In this document: piece by piece, positions 48,842 to 58,481 of the stretch
How positions within the stretch are numbered: position 1 is the stretch's first letter
Layout of the letters: each line of letters begins with the position of its first letter
NCBI RefSeq assembly: GCF_036499525.1
Contig: NZ_DASYDO010000069.1
Span: 56,790-120,789, forward strand
DNA: 64,000 bases
Direction of reading: 5' to 3'
Source: Luteibacter sp.
GTDB taxonomy: Bacteria; Pseudomonadota; Gammaproteobacteria; Xanthomonadales; Rhodanobacteraceae
Made by a program: the position numbers and the translations under genes
The notes under the pieces: model-generated
The model's database searches: none
Told to the model about the DNA's origin: nothing
The model's input: only the letters and a program-made list of their open reading frames with translations

Positions 48842-49597
48842 ATGCTCGATATCCTTCCGCACGACGGCGGCATCCACGAAATCCGCCTGGCGCGCGCGCC
48901 AGTGAACGCGTTCGACATCGGCCTGCTCCAGGCGTTGCGCGAAGCTATCGTCGAGGCACCGTCCAACGGCGCCCGGGGCATCGTGATTTCGGGGGCGCAG
49001 GGCATGTTCTCCGCTGGCGTGGACGTGCCCGCCCTTATCCAGCGCAACCGCGCCGGCGTGAAGGAATTCTGGAACGAATTCTTCGCCCTTTGCGGTGCCA
49101 TCGCGACCTCGAGCGTACCGACGGTCGCCGCCATCACCGGGCACAGCCCGGCCGGCGGCGCGGTGGTGTCGCTGTTCTGCGACTACCGGATCATGGCGCA
49201 CGGCGTTTACAAGATCGGCCTCAATGAGGTTCAGGTCGGTCTTTCCGTTCCCGAACCGATCCAGTTCGCCATGCGCCGCATCGTCGGCGCGTACCGCGCC
49301 GAGCGCCTGCTGGTGGCGGGCGCCATGGTCGACGCGGAACAGGCGCATGCGATCGGACTGGTCGACGAACTGTCCACGGTGGAGCAGGTGGTGACGCGCT
49401 CGGTGCTATGGCTCGAAGATCTGCTGAAGCTGCCACCGAAAGCCATGCTGCGCACCCGCGCCATCGCCCGCGCCGACCTCGTCGCCGTCTGGGGCGACAC
49501 GACCAACCTGCTCGACCCGGGGTTCATCGACGACTTCTTCGCCGAGGAAACCCAGACGGTGCTGAAGGCCCTGGTGGCCCGGCTGAAATCGAAATAG
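48842..49597 (+). CDS. Enoyl-CoA hydratase/isomerase
   Basis: FSAGVDV, AAITGHSPAGG, IGLNEVQVGL, AIGLVDE; start set at MLDIL. Confidence 0.88.
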   Translation: MLDILPHDGGIHEIRLARAPVNAFDIGLLQALREAIVEAPSNGARGIVISGAQGMFSAGVDVPALIQRNRAGVKEFWNEFFALCGAIATSSVPTVAAITGHSPAGGAVVSLFCDYRIMAHGVYKIGLNEVQVGLSVPEPIQFAMRRIVGAYRAERLLVAGAMVDAEQAHAIGLVDELSTVEQVVTRSVLWLEDLLKLPPKAMLRTRAIARADLVAVWGDTTNLLDPGFIDDFFAEETQTVLKALVARLKSK

Positions 49598-49601
49598 AAC
49601 C

Positions 49602-49709
49602 GTAGGAGCGCGCCCTGCGCGCGACAGCTTTTGAGGCCCTGTCTTGGAGCGGGCGCGCCAGCACCGGGAACCGGCGCGAAAGTCTGTCGCGCGCAGGGCG
49701 CGCTCCTAC
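49602..49709. repeat. REP doublet (REPIN)
   Basis: Canonical inverted arms. Confidence 0.92.
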
Positions 49710-50632
49710 AGGAACGCTCCGATGCCTGCGACGCCCTGGCCGGCGTGCATTCTGGCCTCGGCCACATCGCCGGGACCAAGGCCACCCAAGGCGTAGACGG
49801 GCAGCGAGGCGGCTTCCGCCAGCCGGGCGAAACGCGGCCAGCCAATCGGTTCCGCGTCCGGATGGCGCACCGTCGCAAGAACCGGCGAAAGCGTCGCAAA
49901 ATCACACCCGAGGCGTGAGGCGAGTTCCAGCTCCCGGGCATCGTGGCAGGAGACGCCGACCGCCACGGAAAGCGGCAGCGGCCTGGCGGCGAGTTCGTCC
50001 AGCTGTGACGACGCCAGGTGCACGCCGGTACCGAGCTCCAGCGCGCCCTCGATGTCACGGTTCAGCAGAAGCTGCGCGCCGACCCGGCGAACCGCCGGCA
50101 AGACTTCCGCAGCCACCGCGCGCACCGTCTCGACCGGCAAGGCCGGAAGCCGCCATTGCAACAAGCGCTCGCCCCGCGCCAGCGCCGCCAGTACCCATGC
50201 GGCCGCCTCGTCAGGGGAGGCGTCGGCCGGACTGATCGGGTAATGCGGGGGCAGGCGTAACGCCGCAAGGATCGGCCGGTCCGCGGGCGCCAGGAGGGCT
50301 GGGGCAATGGACGAAGGCGCGTGCCAGGCGATCGCCGCGGCGTCGAGCGCCGCTGGCTCACCCGTCCAACCTCGCACGAGCACCGCTTCCAGCAACATCT
50401 CACGCTCACCGTATCGCCAGGGTACCCGTATCAGGGCCTCGAAGGAGGCCGGATCGACCACGATGCCGAGTTCCTCGTCCAACTCGCGCTCAAGGGCCGC
50501 CATGGCGGCCTCACCCGGCTCAAGCTTGCCACCCGGGAATTCCCACATGCCCGCCAGGTGCTTTCCCGCCGGGCGCTGCGCGATGAGGATCCGTCCGCTG
50601 CCGTCGACGAGAACGCCGGCGACTACGTGCAT
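49706..50632 (-). CDS. Nudix hydrolase (MutT-like) fused to a thiamine-phosphate-synthase-like (TenI) domain
   Basis: WEFPGGKLEPGE...RELDEELG Nudix box; VSCHDAREL, ATLSPV, PVYALGG TenI motifs. Confidence 0.88.
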   Translation of the reverse strand: MHVVAGVLVDGSGRILIAQRPAGKHLAGMWEFPGGKLEPGEAAMAALERELDEELGIVVDPASFEALIRVPWRYGEREMLLEAVLVRGWTGEPAALDAAAIAWHAPSSIAPALLAPADRPILAALRLPPHYPISPADASPDEAAAWVLAALARGERLLQWRLPALPVETVRAVAAEVLPAVRRVGAQLLLNRDIEGALELGTGVHLASSQLDELAARPLPLSVAVGVSCHDARELELASRLGCDFATLSPVLATVRHPDAEPIGWPRFARLAEAASLPVYALGGLGPGDVAEARMHAGQGVAGIGAFL

Positions 50633-51162
50633 CAGCGACCCCGGTGCTGGTCGTGATCCTTGTGATGGCCTACCGGGTCCTTCCTGACGTATTCGACCAT
50701 ATCGAATGAGTAGGGGTGATCCGCGTCCTTCTTATGGTGTATGCGGGATACCTCGTCCCAATCCTTGAAATCGATGCCTGGGAAGAACACGTCGGCGCCT
50801 TCCACGGCCGCGAAGACCCAGGTCAGGTACAGGGTGCTGGCCAGAGGCAAGGCCTCCCGGAACACCTCGCCTCCACCGATCACCATGAGCCCGGTGTGTC
50901 CACAGCTGGCCTGGGCTTCCTGGATCGAACGCACCGTGACCTGGCCCACATACGGGGCGTTGCCCTTGCGCGTCAGCACGTAGTTGTCGCGGTCGGGCAA
51001 TGGCTTGCCGATCGACTCGGCCGTCTTCCGGCCCATCAGCACGGCCTTGTCCTTGGTGAGTTTCTTGAAATATTTCAGATCGTCCGGAAGGTGCCAGGGC
51101 AAGCCGCCCTTTCTGCCGATGGCAAAGTTTTCGTCGAGCGCGGCAACCAGGTGAACAGCCAT
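50632..51162 (-). CDS. folA: Dihydrofolate reductase
   Basis: AIGRKGGLPWHLPDDLKYFK, MGRKTAESI, PLPDR, IGGGEVF, DVFFP; start set at MAVHL. Confidence 0.9.
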   Translation of the reverse strand: MAVHLVAALDENFAIGRKGGLPWHLPDDLKYFKKLTKDKAVLMGRKTAESIGKPLPDRDNYVLTRKGNAPYVGQVTVRSIQEAQASCGHTGLMVIGGGEVFREALPLASTLYLTWVFAAVEGADVFFPGIDFKDWDEVSRIHHKKDADHPYSFDMVEYVRKDPVGHHKDHDQHRGR

Positions 51163-51387
51163 GGAACATCCTTCGCGGTGAGTTGTAACGATCGGGCGCG
51201 TACGGCCCTGCGGGGCAAATAGTAGTCCTCTGTGTGTTAGTGCGAAACCATATCGTCCAAGACGATATCCTCGACAACGTGACGCCATGCCGCCCCGAAG
51301 AGCTGGGCCGAAGGGAGATCATGTCGCGGCCTGGGAGCAGCCCGAAGTCTTCGTCAGCGACTCCAGGGCTTCGTTCAAGACGATGCG

Positions 51388-51870
51388 CTACGCGTCGCTT
51401 TCCTTACCGCTGTAAGCGGTGATCGGCTTTTCGGGCGTTGGCCGCGCCATGGCGCGGCCGAAGATGCCGATCGCGCGGGCCAGCGGCGTCAAGGTCTGCC
51501 ATAGCTCGTCGTCGTTGAGCAGGCGGTAGATGCCACGTACACCGGGCGCCGCATCGTCCGGTTCGTGCCGCCCGGCTTCGAGTACCTGCGCGGCTTCGCG
51601 AATGGCCTCCGCGAATTTGTAGACGGCTCCCGGTGGCACCTTGCCAAGCACCATCGCAAGCGCCGAGAGGTTCTGCATGACGTTACGCGCGCCGTCGGTT
51701 TCCAGCCCTTTCACCACGATGGCGGCGATACCCTGGTTAGCTGCGACGATGTCGTTCGCCAGGCGCAGCACGCCGTGTTCGTGCAGGGTTTCCACGAGCC
51801 TGTCCAGTTCCTCGCGCGCTGTGGCATGCGTGCGGACGGGCGTGGGTTTGAAATTGAGGGGCTCGGCCAT
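51388..51870 (-). CDS. DUF1641-family protein (YjgD/ForE-like partner of the molybdoenzyme)
   Basis: Helical 160 aa protein; VETLHEHGVL and GIYRLLNDDEL pattern; start overlaps the molybdoenzyme stop (TGATG). Confidence 0.75.
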   Translation of the reverse strand: MAEPLNFKPTPVRTHATAREELDRLVETLHEHGVLRLANDIVAANQGIAAIVVKGLETDGARNVMQNLSALAMVLGKVPPGAVYKFAEAIREAAQVLEAGRHEPDDAAPGVRGIYRLLNDDELWQTLTPLARAIGIFGRAMARPTPEKPITAYSGKESDA

Positions 51871-54842
51871 CACAGCGTCTCCGGATGCTCGATGTGCCGG
51901 GGCGGTTGTTCGTATTCCGGACGTTCCCACTTCGCCCGCGCATCCGGGCCGCCGTTCGGCGTGCGCCGGCCGTAGCGGAAATTGCGATAGGGCAAGGCAG
52001 GCTCCCCTTTGGGGCGGGGCAGCTTCTCGATGCGCACGGCAAGCTCCTTGTAGCCGGGCGTGTTGACGTCGGGATCGTGGTGCTCGCCGGTGAGCGCGTT
52101 CACACCCGGCTTCGAGTGATGGATGGGCAAGAACAACGTATTGCCCTGCACCCGATCGGTAACCACGGCGCGCACTTCCACGCTGGCGCGTCGCGACGTC
52201 ACCTTCAACCAGGTACCGTCCTCGATACCGCGCTCGCGCGCGAGATCCGTACCGATTTCCACGAACCAGTCCGGCGACAGATGGTCGATGCGACCGCCGC
52301 GTCCCGTCTGGTTCCTGGACTGGAAGTGTTCAAGCAACCGGCCGTTGTCGAGCATGAGGTCGTAGGTTTCGTCGGCTTCCTCACCTGGCGCCTTCCATTC
52401 CAGGGGGTACAGCTTCGCCTTGCCGTCGGGGAACTTGAACTTCTCCGTGTAGAGAAGTGGCGTGTCCTTGCCGTCGGCCGTGACGGGCCACTGCAGGGAC
52501 TTCCAACCCTCGAGCCGCTCGTAGCTCACCCCGGCGAACATCTCGGCGATGCCGGCGCATTCGCGCATGATGTCCGCCGGCCCCGTATAGCCCCAGTCAT
52601 GACCAAGACGCTTTGCCACCTCGTTGAGGATCCACCAGTCCGGCCGGCTGTCACCCAACGGCGGCATCACCTGGTGGAAGCGCTGGATGCGTCGTTCGGT
52701 GTTGGTGAACGTACCGTCCTTCTCCACGCTGGGGCATGCGGGCAGCACCACGTCGGCGAATTGCGCCGTCCGGCTCAGGAACATGTCCTGCACCACGAAG
52801 AAGTCCATGCCGGAGAAAGCTTTCTCCACATTCGAGGTATCCGCGTCGGAAATGGCAGTTTCCTCGCCGATGACCCACATCGCCTTGACCTTGCCCTTCC
52901 CCGCTTCCACGACCATGGCGAAATTGTCGAGTCCGGGTTCGTTCGAGAGGCGCTCCACGGGGACGCCCCAGGCTTTCGCCCATTTCGCCCGCACGGCTTC
53001 GTCGGTCACCTTCTCGTAACCGGGATAGATGTCCTTCAGGCAGCCGAAATCGCTGGCGCCCTGCACGTTGTTGTGGCCGCGCATGGGGTAGCCGCCCGTA
53101 CCGGGCCGCCCATAATTGCCCGTGACCAGGAGCAGGTTCGACAAGGCCGTGCTCGTGTCCGACCCATGCGTATGCTGGGTGATGCCCATGGCCCAGAGCA
53201 GGCAGACGCTTCCGGCACCCGCGATCATCCGGGCCGCTTCCTCGAGCTGCGCGCGCGGTACCCCCGTCATCGCTTCCGCGAACTCCATCGTGAAGGGCGC
53301 CAGCGAGCGCCGGTACTCATCCAGCCCGTTCACGCGCTGCGCCAGGAAGTCCATGTCGGCCAGCCCTTCGTCCAGGATGTAACGCGCCGTCGCGCTGGCC
53401 CATACGAGGTCCGTGCTCGGCGTCAGCTGAAGAAACACATTCGCGCGATCCGCCATTTCATGACGACGCGGATCGACCACCAGCAATTTCTGCCCACGTA
53501 GCTTGTGCGCCCGTTTGATCCGCGTGGCGATCACCGGATGACATTCGGCCGTGTTGGAGCCCACGAGCACCACCAGTTCGGCCTTCTCGATATCCTTGAT
53601 CGATCCGGCATCGCCACCGTAACCGACGGTACGGAACAGGCCCATGGTCGCGGGGTTCTGGCAGTAACGCGACGAGTTGTCCACGCTGTTGGTGCCGAAG
53701 ATCGAACGCGCGATCTTCTGGGTGAGATAGGCCTCTTCGTTGCTGGCCTTGCTCGAACCGATGAAGCCCATCGCCTTGGGGCCGTGCTGCGCGTGCACTT
53801 CGCGGAGGCGGTTCGCCACGAGGTCCAGCGCCTCGTCCCAGCTTGCCTCGCGGAAGGCGCCGTTATCCCGGATCAGGGGTCGGGTGAGACGGTCCGGGCT
53901 GTTGACGAAATCCCAGCCGAACTTGCCTTTCACGCAGGTAGAGATGCCATTCGCAGGGGCATCGATGACCGGCTGCACCTTCAGGATATGCCGGTCACGC
54001 GTGACCATCTCGAAGGCACAACCCACGCCGCAATACGTGCACACAGTCTTCGTGCGGCGGACCTCGGCCTGCCGCATCGTCGCGTCGATCTCCGAAAGCG
54101 CCGTGACCGGCCGCGCGCCAGTGGTGTTCTCCAGCGCCTTCACCAAGTCGATCAGCGGACGTTTCACCCGCTCTTCCATGGCGGTGAACGGTCCTGCATC
54201 CGGTTGCATGGTCTTTTCCAGCAACGCGTTGCACGGACAGACGGTGACGCAATGACCGCAGGACACGCAGCTGGACTGATCGATGGGGCGGCCGCCGTCC
54301 CAGAGCACGCGCGGATGCTCCGCCGTGTAATCGATGCTGAGGGTTTCGTTGACCTCGACATTCTGGCATGCCTCGACGCAGCGCCCGCAGAGGATGCACT
54401 GGTCGGGATCGTACGTGTAGAACGGATTGCTCGTGTCCTTCGCGTAAGGCTTGCGTACGAAGGGATAGCGCTGGATCGGCATGTCCATCGCGGCGACGGT
54501 GTTGTGCAAGGTACAGTCGCCGAGGTTATGTTCGCAGACGGTGCAATACAACTCGTGCTTGGCAAGCAGGCGATCCATGCCTTCCTCACGTGCTGCCGCT
54601 GCCTTCTCGCCGCGCGTGTCGACATGACTTCCGGGCTGTGCGACGTGATCGCAACTGCGGACCAGCTCGCCATCCACCTCGACCCAGCACGTGTCGCACG
54701 TCTTCAGTGGACCGAGTGCCTCGTTGTAGCAGACGCGCGGCACCTCGATGCCATGGCGGATGAACAGGTCAACCAGTCGTTCGCCTTCCTGGACAACGCG
54801 CGGAAGACCGTCGATGACGATGGTGGGGGCAATGACGGACAT
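51870..54842 (-). CDS. FdhF/YjgC(ForC)-like molybdopterin formate dehydrogenase alpha subunit with NuoG-like Fe-S N-terminus
   Basis: 2Fe-2S C..TCDTC..C; HELYCTVC...C; two ferredoxin motifs (CILCGRCVEAC, CVSCGHCVTVCP); CTYCGVGC; CVKGKFG; SSRYCQ; RGHNNVQG; no Tat signal; start set at MSVIA. Confidence 0.88.
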   Translation of the reverse strand: MSVIAPTIVIDGLPRVVQEGERLVDLFIRHGIEVPRVCYNEALGPLKTCDTCWVEVDGELVRSCDHVAQPGSHVDTRGEKAAAAREEGMDRLLAKHELYCTVCEHNLGDCTLHNTVAAMDMPIQRYPFVRKPYAKDTSNPFYTYDPDQCILCGRCVEACQNVEVNETLSIDYTAEHPRVLWDGGRPIDQSSCVSCGHCVTVCPCNALLEKTMQPDAGPFTAMEERVKRPLIDLVKALENTTGARPVTALSEIDATMRQAEVRRTKTVCTYCGVGCAFEMVTRDRHILKVQPVIDAPANGISTCVKGKFGWDFVNSPDRLTRPLIRDNGAFREASWDEALDLVANRLREVHAQHGPKAMGFIGSSKASNEEAYLTQKIARSIFGTNSVDNSSRYCQNPATMGLFRTVGYGGDAGSIKDIEKAELVVLVGSNTAECHPVIATRIKRAHKLRGQKLLVVDPRRHEMADRANVFLQLTPSTDLVWASATARYILDEGLADMDFLAQRVNGLDEYRRSLAPFTMEFAEAMTGVPRAQLEEAARMIAGAGSVCLLWAMGITQHTHGSDTSTALSNLLLVTGNYGRPGTGGYPMRGHNNVQGASDFGCLKDIYPGYEKVTDEAVRAKWAKAWGVPVERLSNEPGLDNFAMVVEAGKGKVKAMWVIGEETAISDADTSNVEKAFSGMDFFVVQDMFLSRTAQFADVVLPACPSVEKDGTFTNTERRIQRFHQVMPPLGDSRPDWWILNEVAKRLGHDWGYTGPADIMRECAGIAEMFAGVSYERLEGWKSLQWPVTADGKDTPLLYTEKFKFPDGKAKLYPLEWKAPGEEADETYDLMLDNGRLLEHFQSRNQTGRGGRIDHLSPDWFVEIGTDLARERGIEDGTWLKVTSRRASVEVRAVVTDRVQGNTLFLPIHHSKPGVNALTGEHHDPDVNTPGYKELAVRIEKLPRPKGEPALPYRNFRYGRRTPNGGPDARAKWERPEYEQPPRHIEHPETL

Positions 54843-54960
54843 AGGGTCAGCGTGAGCGCGAATCCGGCCACGTTCGGTGTACGCCGCGCGTTTCCCGGCT
54901 TCACGAATCCCGCACGGGCCCACGAATAGCGTGAACGCGTTAGGCCGGTACGAGAGGGAG

Positions 54961-55611
54961 ATGGCACAGATTTTCCACCCGCGCTCCGGCCTCTACGCCA
55001 AGCTGGCGATGCTGGGCATGCTGGTGGCCGCCGTCACCGCCGTCTTCGTCTGGCGCGGCGTCACCGCGGAGCCGGACAGGGAAAACGAGGCCGTGGAACA
55101 GCCGGTACCTTTCAGCCACCAGCACCATGTAGGCGAGGTCGGCATCGACTGCCGCTACTGCCATGCGGGCGTGGAGACCGATGCATTCGCCGGCATACCG
55201 CCGATATCGACGTGCATGACATGTCATTCGCAACTTTTTATGGATCAGCCGCCGCTGGCACCTTTGATTGAAAGCTGGCGCACCGGCGTACCCCTGCACT
55301 GGAACCGGGTCAACGACCTTCCCGACTTCGTGTACTTCGACCATTCCATTCATGTGGCAAAAGGTGTTGGCTGCGTTTCCTGCCACGGACGGGTGGACCG
55401 CATGCCGTTGATGCGCCGCGTCGCCTCGCTGTCGATGAAGTGGTGCCTGGAGTGCCATCGCCATCCGGAACGCTTCGTGCGCCCACGGGACCAGGCGTTC
55501 GCCATGGACGACCGCCATCCCGGCGCCGACGATGCGCTTGGCATACACCTCGTCGACGCGTATCGGATCGACCGGCGTCGCCTGACGGATTGTTCGATAT
55601 GCCACCGGTGA
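54961..55611 (+). CDS. actA: Alternative complex III pentaheme cytochrome c subunit
   Basis: Five CxxCH (CRYCH, CMTCH, CVSCH, CLECH, CSICH); N-terminal TM; PVPFSHQHH, LPDFVYFDHSIH. Confidence 0.88.
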   Translation: MAQIFHPRSGLYAKLAMLGMLVAAVTAVFVWRGVTAEPDRENEAVEQPVPFSHQHHVGEVGIDCRYCHAGVETDAFAGIPPISTCMTCHSQLFMDQPPLAPLIESWRTGVPLHWNRVNDLPDFVYFDHSIHVAKGVGCVSCHGRVDRMPLMRRVASLSMKWCLECHRHPERFVRPRDQAFAMDDRHPGADDALGIHLVDAYRIDRRRLTDCSICHR

Positions 55612-58481
55612 GCGCCCTCGATGCATTGCGTGAAGCGTTGCCCCCGCCGGGTTCGCCGCGGTTCTGGCGGGCACTGGACGAGCTCGCCGACGATCCTGCG
55701 CGCCGTGCTCTGGTGGCCGCCGCGTGGCCTCCGCTGGCCGACCTAGAACCCGCCCTCGATCGACGCGGGTTCCTGCGCCTGCTGGGCGCCTCCCTGGCAT
55801 TCGCCGGTCTCGCCGGCTGTTCGGGGCCACCGCCCGGGCGCATCGTGCCGCAGGTCGGTCGCGACGGCCGCTCCGTCCCCCACGCTGCCCGCTATGCGAC
55901 GGCGCTCGCCACCGGTGGCGACGTGGTAGGTGTCTTGGTCGAGCTGCGGGATGGACGCCCGGTCAAGCTGGAGGGCAATCCCCGCCACCCGGCCAGCTAC
56001 GGCGGCAGCGACCCGCGCATGCAGGCAGCGGTACTCGACCTGTGGGATCCGGCCCGCTCAGACGCGCCGCGCCGGCAAGGTGCTCCATCGAGCTGGGCTG
56101 CCTTCGAAGGCGAAGCGGCGGCGTGGCGCCGACGCTTCGGTGAACGTGGCGACGGCCTGCGCATCCTTTCCGGAACCATCGCTTCGCCAACGCTGGCGCG
56201 TCAACGCGACGCGTTACTCGCACGCTATCCGGGCGCTCGCTGGCATGTGCACGACCCTGCGGGCGGGCGCCCGGGCCGGGTGTGGCCGGACATGTCCAGG
56301 GCACGCACGATCGTCGCACTCGATGCAGACCCCTTGGGTGCGTTCCCGGGGCACGTCCGTCATGCGCGAGACTTCGCTGAGGCGCGCCGGACAGCCGATA
56401 CGATGTCCCGCCTCTACGCGATCGAGCCGACGCCGTCGCTCACCGGACGCAATGCGGACCACCTGTGGCCAGCGGCGGCGACCGAGATACCGAAAATCGC
56501 CGCGGCGCTGGCCTCGGCCCTTGGAGTGGCCGTCGATGTTCCCGGGCTGGACGCGTTCTCCCACGGACGGATCGCGGCCATGGCCGGGGATCTGCGCGCG
56601 AATGCGGGTGCGTCGCTGGTACTCGCCGGGCCTTATCAGCCTGCAGTGGTTCACGACCTCGTACGCGCGATGAACCGGCTTTTGGGTAACGACAAGACGG
56701 TGCTGCGCGAACTCGCGACGCAGAGCGATGACGAACCGCTCGAGGACCTCGTCGCCGACATGCACGCAGGCCATGTGGACACGCTGGTCCTGCTGGAAAC
56801 GAACCCGCTGTATACGGCACCGGTTTTCGCGGAAGCACTGCGCCACGTGGCACACACAGCACACCTCGGCCGTTATCGCGACGAAACGGCGGAGGCCGTG
56901 CAATGGCATTTGCCCGCGTTACATCCCTTTGAAACCTGGTCGGACCTGCTCACGCTGGATGGCATCGCGAGCATCGTGCAGCCGGTGCTTGCACCGTTGT
57001 CGGATGCGCGCTCGATGCATGACGTGATGGACCTGTTGCTGGGTGGCGTGCCGAACGATGCGCGCGAGCGTGTGCGCTCGACGTGGCCGCAACTGGACGA
57101 GGAGGCGTGGACATCGGCGCTGCGCGATGGTGTTTTCGAATCCACGCCGCCCCCCGTAGGGGCGCGCCCTGCGCACGACAGCCTATCGCGAAACCCCACA
57201 AGGCCCGATGCCTCACCGCAAGAAGCTGTCGCGCGCAGGGCGCGCTCCTACATGCCCAACGCATTGGAACTGCTGTTCCGCCCCGACGAACACCTGTGGG
57301 ACGGTCGCCATGCGCATAACGCCTGGTTGCAGGAACTACCGCGCCCCGTGACATCGCTCACCTGGGGCAACGCCGCCTGGATCTCACCCGCGCTCGCCGC
57401 GGAGCGCGACCTGCGTGACGGTGATGCCGTTCGCCTGGAGGCGAACGGACGACACGTCGAGGCACCGGTGCTCGTCGTGCCGGGACAGGCGACGAACAGC
57501 GTCACCGTGACGCTCGGCTATGGACGGCGCAGCGGGATCGCCGAAGGACTCGGTTATGACGCCTACACTCTGCGCGACAGCGACGACACCTGGCACATCG
57601 GCGGGCTGGTGCTGACGAAGCTGGATCGCCGCGACATGCTTGCATCCACCCAGGCCCAACAAGACATGGGCCGTCGCGACATCGTCCGCACGGGAACGCC
57701 TGCGCATCCACCCAAAGGCGGAAGTACCGTACCGTCCAGTCTTTACCCCGACGTGGCGCACGGCGAGTACCGCTGGGCCATGAGCATCGATTTAAATGCC
57801 TGTATCGGCTGCAACGCTTGTACGATCGCCTGCCAGGCCGAAAACAATATTCCCGTGGTCGGCAAGGAAGAAGTCGCCCGCGGGCGGCGCATGCACTGGA
57901 TACGCGTGGACCGCTATCACGAAGGGTCGCCCGCCGCGCCGCTTACCTATCACCAGCCGGTGCCCTGCATGCACTGCGAGCATGCACCGTGCGAGGTCGT
58001 CTGCCCCGTCGAGGCGACCGTGCACGACAGTGAAGGCCTCAACCTGCAGGTCTACAACCGCTGCGTCGGCACGCGCTTCTGCTCGAACAACTGTCCGTAC
58101 AAGGTGCGCCGGTTCAACTTCCTGCAGTACGCGGACCTCGCCAGCGAAAGCCTGAAGGCCATGCGCAATCCGGACGTCACCGTCCGCTCCCGCGGCGTCA
58201 TGGAGAAATGCACGTACTGCGTGCAGCGTATCGAGCGCGCCCATATCGCCGCCGACCGCGATAGCCGGCGCATCGCCGAAAACGAGGTGACGACAGCCTG
58301 CCAGGACGCCTGCCCCACCCGGGCGATCGTCTTCGGCGACCTGGGCGACGAGGCCAGCGCGGTCGCAAAGGCGAACCGGTCGACGCGTCGTTACGTCCTG
58401 CTCGAGGAATTGAACACACGGCCGCGCACGACTTACCTGGGCGCCTTGCGCAATCCGAATCCGGCGTGGGGGGAGTCGTGA
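55608..58481 (+). CDS. actB: Alternative complex III subunit B (molybdoenzyme-like domain fused to Fe-S domain)
   Basis: FWRALDEL; Tat motif RRGFLRL with LAGC lipobox; WLQELP; [43 protein letters not shown]; GTG start inferred. Confidence 0.87.
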   Translation: MSALDALREALPPPGSPRFWRALDELADDPARRALVAAAWPPLADLEPALDRRGFLRLLGASLAFAGLAGCSGPPPGRIVPQVGRDGRSVPHAARYATALATGGDVVGVLVELRDGRPVKLEGNPRHPASYGGSDPRMQAAVLDLWDPARSDAPRRQGAPSSWAAFEGEAAAWRRRFGERGDGLRILSGTIASPTLARQRDALLARYPGARWHVHDPAGGRPGRVWPDMSRARTIVALDADPLGAFPGHVRHARDFAEARRTADTMSRLYAIEPTPSLTGRNADHLWPAAATEIPKIAAALASALGVAVDVPGLDAFSHGRIAAMAGDLRANAGASLVLAGPYQPAVVHDLVRAMNRLLGNDKTVLRELATQSDDEPLEDLVADMHAGHVDTLVLLETNPLYTAPVFAEALRHVAHTAHLGRYRDETAEAVQWHLPALHPFETWSDLLTLDGIASIVQPVLAPLSDARSMHDVMDLLLGGVPNDARERVRSTWPQLDEEAWTSALRDGVFESTPPPVGARPAHDSLSRNPTRPDASPQEAVARRARSYMPNALELLFRPDEHLWDGRHAHNAWLQELPRPVTSLTWGNAAWISPALAAERDLRDGDAVRLEANGRHVEAPVLVVPGQATNSVTVTLGYGRRSGIAEGLGYDAYTLRDSDDTWHIGGLVLTKLDRRDMLASTQAQQDMGRRDIVRTGTPAHPPKGGSTVPSSLYPDVAHGEYRWAMSIDLNACIGCNACTIACQAENNIPVVGKEEVARGRRMHWIRVDRYHEGSPAAPLTYHQPVPCMHCEHAPCEVVCPVEATVHDSEGLNLQVYNRCVGTRFCSNNCPYKVRRFNFLQYADLASESLKAMRNPDVTVRSRGVMEKCTYCVQRIERAHIAADRDSRRIAENEVTTACQDACPTRAIVFGDLGDEASAVAKANRSTRRYVLLEELNTRPRTTYLGALRNPNPAWGES
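57156..57251. repeat. REP doublet inserted in frame within actB
   Basis: gtaggggcgcgccctgcgcacgaca ... tgtcgcgcgcagggcgcgctcctac; 96 bp, no stop in the actB frame. Confidence 0.9.
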
